In this document: positions 27,183-38,223 of the stretch, in pieces
How the letters are laid out: the number at the start of each line of letters is the position of its first letter
Numbering within the stretch: position 1 is the stretch's first letter
NCBI RefSeq assembly: GCF_964194025.1
Contig: NC_134480.1
Span: forward strand, 27,528,001 to 27,592,000
Origin: Convolutriloba macropyga
Lineage: Eukaryota
DNA: 64,000 nucleotides
Reading direction: 5' to 3'
Position numbers and translations under genes: made by a program
The notes under the pieces: generated by a model
Seen by the model: the letters and a program-made list of their open reading frames with translations, nothing else
The model's database searches: none
What the model was told of the DNA's origin: nothing

Positions 27183-27704
27183 TTAATAAAGACTGGTTTT
27201 CTTCATGATTCTGAGGAACTCTGCCTCGCTAATCTCTCCGTCATTGTCCCGATCTGCTTCGTCAATCATCTCCTGCAGCTCCTCGTCTGTCAACTCCTCC
27301 CCCAATTCCTTCGCAACCCTCTTGAGATTCTTGAAGGAAATCTTTCCTGTGTTATCGTCGTCAAACAGTCGAAAGGCCTTCAAGATTTCCTCTTTTGGAT
27401 CTTTTTCTGTCATTTTCTGAGTCATCAGGTCTAAAAAGCTTCGATAGTCAATCTTTCCGGAGGAATCGATGTCGAGTTCCTGAGTCATTCTTTTAATTTC
27501 TTCTTTCTTTGGCTCGAATCCTAATGCCCTTAACGCAACTTTGAGTTCTTTGGCGTCTATGGTTCCACTGCCTTCGGTGTCGAACAAGTCGAAAGCTTCT
27601 CTAATTTCTTGTTTCTGTTCTTCAGTTAGCTCTGGCTTTCCAGTTGTACCGGCACCTTTCCGCTTGGCACCTCCACTAGCAGCCTTGGTTTTGGCAGTCG
27701 ACAT
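27183..27704 (-). CDS. CETN2: Centrin (centrin-1/2 type, 173 aa, four EF-hands), intronless CDS
   Basis: [18 protein letters not shown]...[12 protein letters not shown]...[16 protein letters not shown]...[15 protein letters not shown] at 27704; the longer ORF-track start is TTG and lies upstream of a tttcag acceptor at about 27720. Confidence 0.95.
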   Translation of the reverse strand: MSTAKTKAASGGAKRKGAGTTGKPELTEEQKQEIREAFDLFDTEGSGTIDAKELKVALRALGFEPKKEEIKRMTQELDIDSSGKIDYRSFLDLMTQKMTEKDPKEEILKAFRLFDDDNTGKISFKNLKRVAKELGEELTDEELQEMIDEADRDNDGEISEAEFLRIMKKTSLY

Positions 27705-30102
27705 TTCTAGCTTTCTGATCTGAAATGAAATTGAACGTTGCAGAAGGCAACACTTGGAACATTTTGAATTAACACTCCAAATTGTACTCGCACAAGCACG
27801 TAAGTATGAAAACCCCCCGATAACTGAATACAAAGCTGTGATACAATCACATTTAACTTAGTGGGCTTCTGAACGCTTCATGTCCGAAAGTGATACGAGA
27901 GCTGGTATACTAGTTAATAAAACTGCATTTAATTTCTGTATGCCAAAGCATCAAATCAATTTCGTTTAAAAACTTTATTTAATTACAAGTGCAGACAACT
28001 GAGAACTAAAAGTTTCGATGTAGGATATATCCCAGGTAACAAAAGCTTGGAACAACCCCCCAACAGAAGGTGAAACCCAATACCTAAACAGAAACGGTAT
28101 TTTAATTCGAGATATTTTTATGATAACGTTAACTACTGACACAACAAAATTTGACCCCTCCCTTTAAATATACCTATTGCAAAAATATGTTCAAAACCAA
28201 CTTTTGTTTCTGAAATCGGTCCAGTATTAAATTTGCAAGACCTGAAAAAAAATCATTGGCCCTTGAAGATCGATTAACTCGAAAATGACCGGAAAACTTT
28301 AAAAAAACAAAATCAATTGCAAAATTTAAGAAAATGTTGCCCAATATTGTGACATAAATATCTTCAGAATCATTTCTGTATCTCTAGAGGCTATCCACTA
28401 ACCCAATTCCAAGCATTAAAAAATTAATTGGCTCAAAGATCGATAGGCAATAATTTTTTAAAAACTTCAAATAGAAATTTGTTCTATTAAAAGGTTGAAA
28501 CCATTCAATTGCCCCCTAACAACTATTTAATAACATATCATACTATCAAACCCTGGATGAGGCTACTTGGCTACTGAGGCAAGAAAAACTGAAGAAAAGA
28601 CAAATGTTTTGAAAAAACATGAAAAAAGTGCGAATTTTATTTAAAAATATCTGAAATTCGAAAGGTTAAATTGTTAAAAATAAATCCATTGAAACTAACA
28701 ACCAATCAATAACTTTTTATCAGACCGTGGAATAGGTTTTCTGACACTTGAGAATGGACAAATCAAAAATTGACAAAAACTTTAGGAGACCTTGAAAAAA
28801 TTTGCAGATTTTATCAAAAAATGCTAAAAATTGAGAAACTGAAATGTTGAAAAACAATCCATTGTTACTAGAAACCATGCAGTGCCCTATTATCAAACCT
28901 TAAAGGAGATTCCCTGGCCTCTGATAATGGAAAAACTCAAATGACAAAAATTTTCAAAAAAACATGAAAATTGCCAAAATTAGTATTATTTTGCGTGTTT
29001 GTGTTTGTAGTATCAAAACATATAGCTCATAAAATCGTCATAACAATTAATTTTGTCACACAAAAGGCCTTCATCAACTTTTAAAATCTTCAACCTAAGA
29101 CTAATCAAACTGAAAACTCAAAAAAATCACAAAACATGAAAAATTGCCCAAAAACTCCTAAAAATGATCTTTTAACCTTAAATTAAGGCCATCCCATCAG
29201 CTGCACCACTCTAAGCACTTGAAGGAATACTGAAGCCCACTGGTATACTTGGGACTCTAGTGAAACTTAATTCCCGCTGGGCTTTGCCTGTTTATCCCGT
29301 TTTGAAAGATCAAAGTCATTGAAAAATGTATGAACACATCTTAAAAAAAAATACAGCGCCCCAATACAATTCAAATTCTTCGAATTGTAAAAAAAATTAG
29401 GAGCGCTATAATAGCCGGCTGAGAAGATGAGGGCGGCTATTAAGCATCTTAAAATTATACTAACGTCGGGCGAATTGCTCTCGAGCGACCGGTGAGCAGT
29501 TGGCTTAGAGGGTGAGTGGTGTGGGGAATGAAGGTTGAGTGGGGGGGGGGGGGGGGGGATTGAACTCTTTAGATTGAGAGCCGCCCTTCACTGCATGAAT
29601 CACCTCTCAAACAATGACTTTTCTCATTTTACCAGCAGAATTGCTACTAACTCAAATGAGTGTTTCGAAGTTAAGAACTGACATTTATTCAGGAAATGCA
29701 TTTTGTACACGTAACTTTCTCCTGGGGAGGAAAATTGCGGATCAGAACATCTGGATATATTAAAAGCAACCAAACGTTCCTTACAAAAATAAGGCATTCT
29801 GAAAACGATAAAACAACATCTGCTCAAGCAATTTAAACTTGTACCATTCGAAAAAAAACATTCGCTATTTCAAAAGTTAATTTTAGATTTAGCAGAAAAC
29901 GGAACCCTTAATTTGAATTCAAAACATTCTACTGCAGAAATAGAATGTATAAACTATTACTGATTCCTAAACTTCAGCCGACTGATCATGACAGTAATTT
30001 ACTTGTCAGTTCGGGAAAAAATAACATGACAAGTCCTGAAATACAATCCAAAGAACTGAATGAAGAACTAAGAACTCCTTTATCTGACCAGCAGAACAAA
30101 TT

Positions 30103-30586
30103 ACCATTACGAATCGAAGACAAACATAGATTCACAAAATTAGAAAAAAAACAAAAACGGCATTCAAAATGTATAAACTATCAGGATAATCAAGTTGAAT
30201 GCCATGCTTTTCAATCAAAACTGCCAAAAGGCAAAGAAAAATTTTGCTGGACACATAACAAATGACCATTACGAATCAAGAAGACAAACATAGATTCACA
30301 AAATTAGAAAAAAAAACAAAAACGGCATTCAAAATGTATACACTATCAGGATAATCAAGTTGAATGCCATGCTTTTCAATCAAAACTGCCAAAAGGCAAA
30401 GAAAAATTTTGCTGGACACATAACAAATGACCATTACGAATCAAGAAGACAAACATAGATTCACAAAATTAGAAAAAAAACAAAAACGGCATTCAAAATG
30501 TATACACTATCAGGATAATCAAGTTGAATGCCATGCTTTTCAATCAAAACTGCCAAAAGGCAAAGAAAAATTTTGCTGGACACATA
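30103..30586. repeat. Tandem repeat, 3 x ~163 bp, nearly identical units
   Basis: Units begin accattacgaatc at 30103, 30265 and 30430. Confidence 0.95.
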
Positions 30587-32715
30587 GGAAACATACACAG
30601 GCATAAAGGCAGAAGCAAGCAAAAACAAAAAATAAATCAAAAAACACTGAAGATTCGCTCTGATGTCAATGTCTTCAAAACCAAAGAAGTAATTCTATTA
30701 TTTTACACGCGAGGGCAGCTCCAACCTCACAAATATTTTTGACCACTTGAGTTCAGGAACACTGAAAATGGCAAAATTCCATAAAACTTGAAAAGTATAA
30801 AATCATTGCAAGCTTGTCTAAAATATTCAAACTTTTGTCATCAGAATAAAATCATCTTTGCTAAAATATGCAGAATAACTAATTGGCAGGGCAGCAAAAA
30901 CACATTAAGCAAATAAAAGACTATTAAAGCCAGTTGAAGGCCTCTGTTGCAACTTAATACCCGCCGAGCTTTACCTGTTTATCACGTTGGGAAAGCCAAA
31001 TGTCAGCAGAAAAATTCGTAAAAACATCTTAAGACAGCATACCAATAAATCCAAATCTTTGGATTTTAAAAACCAGTTTCGGCGAATCACACACCTAGAC
31101 TAGTAAGGCTCTAAGAGAGCTGCTCGGCCTAATGCCCTCCAGGCTTTACCTTTTTATCCCGTTTTTGAGGACAAAAAGTTAAGAGCGTCAGACAAAATAA
31201 TCATTCAATTAAAAAAATCGCAATAAAAGACCACTGAACTACAATGATAGCTACAAACTTCGTTTGAGATTCATTAAAAATAACAATATCAACATATCAG
31301 AAAATAATAGTTCTTAGTCCCAATTGTTTGCACGAATGCAAAAAAAACACTTGTAATTAGAACATTGCGATGTCGGCACATAGATATTAGAGGAAAATTG
31401 GCTCCAATAGCCTAGTAGTTTCCTTGAGCTACTAATGCATCAAATTGAAGAGTTAGTTGAACATTTTACCAAAGCCAAATTAAACAGTGATCTTCATATC
31501 GGTGTCTTCAAATACCACAAAAACATCGAAACTGAAAACTTAAAACATACCGGCAGATTTCCGGAAAGTAGCTGCCAATGATTCCCGTAACCACGATTGG
31601 TACTGAAAAACAGAAACAAGGGAACAGATTGATTGTTGTACACAAAAATATTAAAGGTCGAAACTTTTATCTCATATTGTAGCAAGACACTTGCTTCACA
31701 TTGGGAGCATACTGGGCTGGTATCAAAATCAAAAAGCATTAGAGATGCTAATTAAAACTTATAAGCAGGCATCTAAAATTGGGCTTTTATGGGTTTATCG
31801 CTTAATTTGATTTTGTTCTTTGGAATTGACTCTGTTTCGACAGAACGAGGGACAAGTAAAATTAGCCTAGATGAGTCAAAAAGATTTCAAGCAAAACGTT
31901 GAACAAGCTGTGAATTAAGGTAAAGCTATTTTATCCGAAAAAGTAGCAAAATATAGCAAGGTCAATTCCAAATAACACTCTAAGAAATGAACAAACTGAA
32001 GACAACACAATCAGCCCCCTTAAAAGAACAGCGTCCGATAAAAACGAATCACATAACAAGGCGACGAAAAAAAACAACACTACAAAAATCTCAAAAAAAT
32101 TTCATCTTTCTTTTTCGAAAAACTGGTTTATCTAATTGATTAAGTCAAACAACTTCTAAAAACCTCTCCTCAATGAGAGTTTACACAGCAAACGCCAACT
32201 TTGTTGAAACCCCGAAACCCACTGAGAGACAAGGTAAAAGAGTAACAAACATTTGGCACAGCCTGTTTTTACGATGTCACTGAAAATAAGTGGCATCAAA
32301 GTCATTGATGCACACAATTAAAACTTGAACTGTCTTTTCTGTACTCTGCACTTAACTAGGTTGTACCAATTACATGCAGTGTGATTTATATCATAATTCA
32401 TGTGGAATCGGAAAATTGCGACAAGGATGCGATTAGTAAAAAGAGTACTCTTTCTCGCAAGTCTTCTTTCCTTAAGATGGTTGTGAAATGAGACAGTAGT
32501 TATTTTGCCACTTTGCAGTTCCCCATCACATATTTTTCATTTTTGCCTTTTGAGGTTCCCTAGATTGCAATGTGATTCCAGCGGGCTCGAGAAATTGCGT
32601 GAAAAAATTCGATTTGTTAGAAAAAGTCTTCTCTAAAAAGACTTCGAGATGCTGGTAAAACAGTTTTTTAATAGAAATTATTTAAATCCAACTGACTGTT
32701 GTAGTTGCTACAGGA

Positions 32716-33133
32716 AAACATAACCGAATAAACGTCGGAAGAATTGCTCTTGAACGACTAGTGGGAGCTCTAATCAATTGCAGCCTGCTTCAGTCGGGGG
32801 GGGGGGGGGGGGTAGCCTAAATGGGACTAAGAAGTTCTATAGTGGGCTTCAAATAACCACATTAGAGGTTAACATATACTACTATTAAGATTTAAAGTTA
32901 AAAAATGACACCAGTTTTGGCGCACTTTTTATTTGACTTTTAGTATTAAATTGCCGCCAATTGAGTTCAGCTGCTTGAAATTGTGATTGAGAGAGAATTT
33001 TAGATCACGCGAAATGCAAAAAGTCAAGGGCGTAAAAGTCACTCGAAAAGTCAAAACCGTCAAGCGAAAATTTTGCATAAAAAAGACACACACGTTTACA
33101 ATAATTGCTATGAACTGCGTTCAAGAGCAATTA
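32716..33133 (-). mobile_element. HINE-like family B copy
   Basis: Matches 1835-2213, including both termini. Confidence 0.6.
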
Positions 33134-33465
33134 AAAAGGTTTCTTGTCAACTTCTCGCTAATAAATCATTTTTACCAAGCAAGGGGACTGCGAATCTGCA
33201 AAACATTTGGTCAGAATAAGAGATTTGGAAAAGTTGCAAATAGAGGCGAAACTGCCTTTCTCGTTGAAATTAAACATTTTGCTTAAATTCAAAATGGAGC
33301 TTAATGTTTTCTTGTCAACTTCTCATGAATAATTCATTTTTACCAAGCAAGGGGGCTGTTAATCTGCAATAAATTCGGTCAGGATGTTAGATTTAGCGGA
33401 GAAATTCAAATTGAGATTAAACTTCATTATCTCAAGGGAAATCAAAATTGATTGTTGTTGGTGTT

Positions 33466-33803
33466 TATGATAACTCTCTTCTTAGTTTGCTTCTGCCTTT
33501 TCTATCTTTTTAGAGGCGGCTGTGTAGGTGCTAGTGCCAAGTGCTATATTGTATGAAGACGAGTTATCGTTGCAATATCCTTTCTAATAAAGGCTTTTAA
33601 TTGCAAGTTTTTGCTAAGTGCTATTCGGAGCGCGGGTTCGGTAAAAACGCTCTTTTTCTGCTACAAGTTTTCAATTCAAGTAATTTAGTAACCAACTGAA
33701 CTGTACTGCGCAGAATCGTCTGTCTGAATTTCAAGATAATAAAAGCGTGCTGTATGAATTTACAAAAGTCTTTTTCAACCAATCAAAATTTAGCATCGTC
33801 ATA
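33466..33803 (-). repeat. 3' LTR
   Basis: The 334-bp TG...CA core (33468-33801) differs from 48473-48806 at one position that I could find (agtaaccaa vs agtaagcaa); flanked by TA dinucleotides. Confidence 0.97.
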
Positions 33804-33822
33804 TTACGGCTCTTCAGAAAAA

Positions 33823-33897
33823 GCGGAGGCGATGGGTTTCGAACCTTTAATCTTATGATTATAAACAGGGTTGTCTAGTGTGCTGTGCCAAGTGGGT
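33823..33897 (-). ncRNA. Degenerate tRNA-like Pol III cassette adjacent to the 3' LTR
   Basis: On the - strand: A-box-like TGGCACAGC, B-box GGTTCGAAACC, then ATCGCCTCCGC and T5. Loosely resembles the initiator-Met tRNA 3' end; stems are poor. Confidence 0.35.
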
Positions 33898-34010
33898 CTT
33901 GATTAGTGGTATTGTCAAAGTCAACGGATTTACTGGGATAATTAAGTATAAATGGAAAGCAACATCAATAGTGGTTTGTTCTAAGTTTTTATTGAGTATT
34001 CCAGATCAAA

Positions 34011-34283
34011 ATGCTGAAAGTTTACTTTCTGTTTGGTCTTTTGTGGCCTCTTGTTTTCTCATCTCATGTATGCGAAGAAATTGAGCTGCGGAACGCGACT
34101 GCTGTATGTTGTGAGAAGAATACTACATTCCGCGTTGGCCAAGTGGATGTGAGCTTCGTGCCATATCGGAGCCATATTTGTCCAGTTGGTTATGGTGGGA
34201 TTGAAGATTTGTCTTCTCGATTCTTGCCAAATTTTTCAATGATGTTCGTGTTGGTCGTGGCAGGCGTAGTAAGCATGCATTAG
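34011..34283 (+). CDS. Small putative secreted/membrane-anchored glycoprotein (90 aa), element accessory gene
   Basis: N-terminal hydrophobic signal, 4 Cys, sequons NAT/NTT/NFS, hydrophobic C-terminus; TATAAA at 33947 and AATAAA at 34287. Confidence 0.5.
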   Translation: MLKVYFLFGLLWPLVFSSHVCEEIELRNATAVCCEKNTTFRVGQVDVSFVPYRSHICPVGYGGIEDLSSRFLPNFSMMFVLVVAGVVSMH

Positions 34284-34592
34284 AAAAATAAAGGCGTGCA
34301 GTTTTGTACAAAAATAGATTAAAAATGTCTGATTACGTAGTGGTGAGGCTCGATTTGTAGATTTAGGGCCTCCTGACCGCCCACAACTCCTTAAGTGAGG
34401 CATAAGTCTGCTTCGTCTTGGTATGAGGGCTGTTTTTCTCAGGACGTCCAGGTTCGTGGGCTCGCCCTGCCAAACGTATGTAATTTGCACGTAAGTGCGG
34501 TAAAGGGGTGTTTCTGGTATGCCCATTTTTATTAGCAGGGCGAGCCTCCCGTCGAAGGAGAAGAGTTGTGTGGGGTCAGGCTGATAGTTCAT
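34236..34592 (-). CDS. Hypothetical accessory ORF (118 aa)
   Basis: ATG-initiated, higher GC than its flanks, sense to the element; no recognisable motif. Confidence 0.35.
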   Translation of the reverse strand: MNYQPDPTQLFSFDGRLALLIKMGIPETPLYRTYVQITYVWQGEPTNLDVLRKTALIPRRSRLMPHLRSCGRSGGPKSTNRASPLRNQTFLIYFCTKLHAFIFLMHAYYACHDQHEHH

Positions 34593-34864
34593 TTGTTGTG
34601 TTTTCTTCGCTGCTGTTTTCTTCGCTGTTAAAAATAAAAGTGGAACTGAATAGATAAAGTGATGAATAGTTTCTTTTTTTGTCTGAGTAAGGTTAGAGTG
34701 GGAGGCCGTTCATTAGATTTTGTATCAGTGAGACAGTTATTTGATAATCTCTTCGGGTTTATTTGCATTTTTCCCAGGAAGATTAAAGTAGTAGTGATCT
34801 GTCAAGTGTGGCAGTTCCATTTGCTCCACGTTGTGAGGGGAGTAAAGTAATGAAGAAAATCCCA

Positions 34865-34958
34865 CGGCATGGCAGTAAATGACAGTCACTAATGGAGTTT
34901 TCGGAAGTAATTCCCTCGGTATGGCAGTAATTGACAGTCACTACTGGAAGTTTTGGAG
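34865..34958. promoter_or_regulatory. Two tandem ~52-bp repeats with a TGACAGTCA core, upstream of the JmjC gene
   Basis: cgg(c/t)atggcagtaa(a/t)tgacagtcacta repeated at 34865 and 34917; regulatory role is inferred. Confidence 0.4.
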
Positions 34959-35227
34959 GAAAGTAAATTGAGAACAGTGTGATTGACTGCTCTATTGATA
35001 AAGTTATTCAGAATACTTTTACTGCGAAGATGTCAAACTTTAATAGCGGCGTTATTCATCGACTGTTGGATATTTCATCGAAGCTTTGCAAAAACGATTA
35101 ATTGTAATAACGAAGAGACGGGATATTCTATTTTTTCAAAGTATGGACACTAAAAGGTTCGTTAATTACTTATAACAATTTAGGATTTCATAGGCTAGCA
35201 TTAATATTTTTTTGTAATTTTAAACAG

Positions 35228-36308
35228 AATTATCGTGTTTAGAACGACACGAGGCAGACAAGATTTGCTAATCGAAATGAACGAGTTCAAACATCAGTAC
35301 TACGATCGGAAAAAATTAATAAGTCTCGGATGGAAAGAAGTGGAAACAGTCGATGGGCGGGGTATAAATAGTTGGAACTCCTTAAAGAATAGGTTAACTA
35401 TAGAAGGTAGAGGGGGACTGGTTGGAGAGAATGGTTGGCCAAAGGTACCATTGGCAATAAATAATGAAGAAATTGTGGGATTACAAGAAAGTTTAGTAGA
35501 AGGGTTCCGGGGCTGTAGAGATCAGGGCGATGTGTATAATTATGTTAGTAAATTAAAGTTGGAGAGTGGTGATAGCAGGTTGTATCAAGAAGTTGGGTCG
35601 TATGCTGGTTTGTGTAATTCAATAGGTTGGACGTTTTGTGTGGATGGTTTGATGAGTGGTGTTTTGCCTGATGGTTTTACTGGTGTAAGGAGAGATGCCA
35701 TGTTACAATGGAATGATTGGTGGACGGCGGCACATGTTGAGATTGGGGGTAATGATAGTGTTTCGAAAACGCCGTGTGGTGAGAAATTGTTTCTGATTTG
35801 TGGAAGTTATCAGACATCAAGGGATTTTAATAATGTTATGGGTACTCCGCAATATTTTATGGATTTAATTAAGAGGCGTCCTTCTGCAAGTGGTTTGGGA
35901 AAGGATGTTTGGTTTTTCATTCCGACGAAAGATAATGTGTTGTGCCAGCCTTCGTTGTGTGCGCATGCTGTTTTAACTTTTACAAAAGATTTGTCGTTAG
36001 TGACGGGTTGGGAGGCGCGTGATCAATCGAATCAAGTTGTCGATCGGACTTTGGGATCGTTTGCTTATGGTGTGCGTAAAGGTGTGGTAAAAAGAATTGT
36101 AATATCAAATAAAAATAAAAAGGCAGTGTTAGACTGGGCGACAGAAAGAGAAGTATCAACTGGTGGTGCTAGTGATGTGACTGAGCATGTGCAAAGTTTC
36201 GCTAATAGTGGTCTAATTTTAAAAACAAATAACAAACGCAATCGAACGATAACGAGAATATTGTGTATTTGTTTCTTCCTCCAAAGGATCCTTCAATGGA
36301 ATAAGTGA
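35228..36308 (+). CDS. JmjC-domain Fe(II)/2-oxoglutarate oxygenase, KDM2/KDM7(PHF8)-like, antisense cargo of the LTR element (main exon)
   Basis: TAAHVEIGG...GEKLFLI...VLCQPSLCAHAVLT parallels the family pattern TDFHIDFGG...GEKIFYLI...TLFIPTGWIHAVLT. His-x-Glu at 35733, distal His at 35964, Thr at -3 and Lys at +17. Acceptor taaacag ends at 35227. Confidence 0.78.
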
Positions 36309-36899
36309 GTTGTTCAACTTTAATTTACATTTTTTTTCTAGGGTTAGAACTATACTGCCAGGTTTTTTTTTACTTTTTTTTGAGATTTTATTATTTCAAT
36401 CCCGTGCCCTTTCAACGTATTTTGAAAGGATTATTTTTCGTTGATACTGAGCAATCGGTTAGGGTCCTGTCTGTGTTTTGGTGTTGTTTTGAAAAAAAAT
36501 GATGTTTCGTCAGTTTTTTGGGTCGTTATTTTGCACAGTCGTATGTAGTTTAAGCAATTAATATTTTGACTTTCAGTCGCGTGCCCTTCGAAGTGATATC
36601 AAGGTGGGATGTTAATTTTTGTTGAGAATGGTTGGGAATAGATTAATTAATAATAGTTTGCTATGTTAGGGGTGCTTGCTCATTGTGCTCACGAGTTATG
36701 ACTCACGAGTAAATTTTTTTTTTGGTCAGAAGTAAAAAATTAAATTGGTAAGAAAATAAAAATAAGAAGAGGAGACGTTACATTTGAATAATTTGCGGTG
36801 TTTATAAAATAAGTACTACATTAAATTAATTGCGACTCATGAGAGAAAAGATTTAAAAAAAAATTTCGAATAAAAAAAATTAAAGAAATTTATGCAAGT

Positions 36900-37259
36900 C
36901 TAAGTGAATACACGGATGCCAACAGGGTCAAACTCAATGGGGTCGTCATTGTCCATATGAATAAAATCCCAGAATTGGTGGGTGAGTTGGGTACCTTGGG
37001 ATGAAGTGATGAAGTGGTAAACGTAGGTGTAGTATTCCCAGGTTGTGTAGAAAAAACATTTTTTCGTGAGAAGGCCTGTATGGGAGTGTGCCCAGATCAC
37101 GATGGTTCCATTTTGTAATATGACATATTCATTGAAAAAACATTCCCTGTATTGGATTCCTACTTTCACGCAAACGTTGATGTTGTGGTTCGTGTGAAAT
37201 TTTGGGGCGATGTCTTCTGGGCCGACGTAATTTCGGATTTGGTCCCAAATGCTTGTCAT
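36900..37259 (-). CDS. Hypothetical accessory ORF (119 aa)
   Basis: ATG in aaaaatcATG context; complex globular-type composition; unknown family. Confidence 0.5.
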   Translation of the reverse strand: MTSIWDQIRNYVGPEDIAPKFHTNHNINVCVKVGIQYRECFFNEYVILQNGTIVIWAHSHTGLLTKKCFFYTTWEYYTYVYHFITSSQGTQLTHQFWDFIHMDNDDPIEFDPVGIRVFT

Positions 37260-37354
37260 GATTTTTAAGAAAATTCAGAATTGGTAGGTTTTGAGATTTG
37301 GAAATATCAGGGAAAGAAAAGGTAAATATGGTTTTTTTTTTAAAAAAAAAGAAA

Positions 37355-37663
37355 TTACAGGTCAAATTCGCCTTCTAAAAATTCTTCTTTGGTGTTTTGT
37401 AAGAAATTCAAAAAGGTAAGAAAATTTGGATGATCTGGTTCCAAAGTGATTTTTTTTTCTTGATTATTATCCAAAAAGTTAATCCAGAAGCATAAGGTGT
37501 TGCAGGGGAATATGAAGTATTCAGAAAAGACTGCAAGTTTTATATCAAAATCAGTGAGAAAGTAAGCATAAAGTGGAAATTGGGTTGGAATTGGAGAGAT
37601 GTAAGGAATGGTGTCTTCTGATTGGTCAATTGTGGTGAAAGTTGGGGTTGGTGGATAAGACAT
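37355..37663 (-). CDS. Hypothetical accessory ORF (about 102 aa from ATG 37663)
   Basis: Head-to-tail with neighbouring ORFs; unknown family. Confidence 0.4.
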   Translation of the reverse strand: MSYPPTPTFTTIDQSEDTIPYISPIPTQFPLYAYFLTDFDIKLAVFSEYFIFPCNTLCFWINFLDNNQEKKITLEPDHPNFLTFLNFLQNTKEEFLEGEFDL

Positions 37664-37676
37664 GAGATAAGATTTT

Positions 37677-38141
37677 TTAATGGAATAGAAATGCAAATAT
37701 TTGAGGAAGTTTACATGGAGTCATCTGAGAATGGAATGGGTGATGGGGAGAAATTGGAATATAATTAAATTCAGTTGAATTGTGGTCTGATGTAGGGTCA
37801 GGGCTTTCGGGACTTTCAGAAATGGTTGGTTGCGATGGTTCTACTGCAACTGGTTCTCCTTCTGAGTTAAGATAAAAATTCACATTAATATAATTATTTC
37901 CCGATTGTATGCATTGTAGAATTGTTTGCCATACGGCTGATGTCTCATTCACTGTAAGGGAGATAAAAGAAATTGAATAAATATTGTTGACAATATTGTC
38001 CTGTTGCATGTTAATACTAATTATTGCTTCACGATCTGTAAAAAAGGCAATGCTGTATTCAGTAATATAAGCTGGCTGGCCGTTGAATGTAGTGTTAATG
38101 CGCGGCTCAACTTTACTTCTGAAGTGATATACTGGATTCAT
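37677..38141 (-). CDS. Hypothetical accessory ORF (about 154 aa from ATG 38141)
   Basis: Open frame of 180 codons in AT-rich DNA; Pro/Ser/Glu-rich tail; unknown family. Confidence 0.45.
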   Translation of the reverse strand: MNPVYHFRSKVEPRINTTFNGQPAYITEYSIAFFTDREAIISINMQQDNIVNNIYSISFISLTVNETSAVWQTILQCIQSGNNYINVNFYLNSEGEPVAVEPSQPTISESPESPDPTSDHNSTEFNYIPISPHHPFHSQMTPCKLPQIFAFLFH

Positions 38142-38223
38142 AATAAAATGTTTGAAATAATGCAAAATGTAAAATTTTAGTTGTAGGAAATTGTTTAGGT
38201 TGTTTGAAATAATTTCCAAGTTT

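Noticed and set aside
27705-27833. N-terminal extension of centrin given in the ORF track
   Set aside because: Starts at TTG and crosses a splice acceptor; ATG 27704 gives a typical centrin length.
30103-30586. CRISPR-like array
   Set aside because: Whole units repeat with no unique spacers; eukaryotic context, no cas genes.
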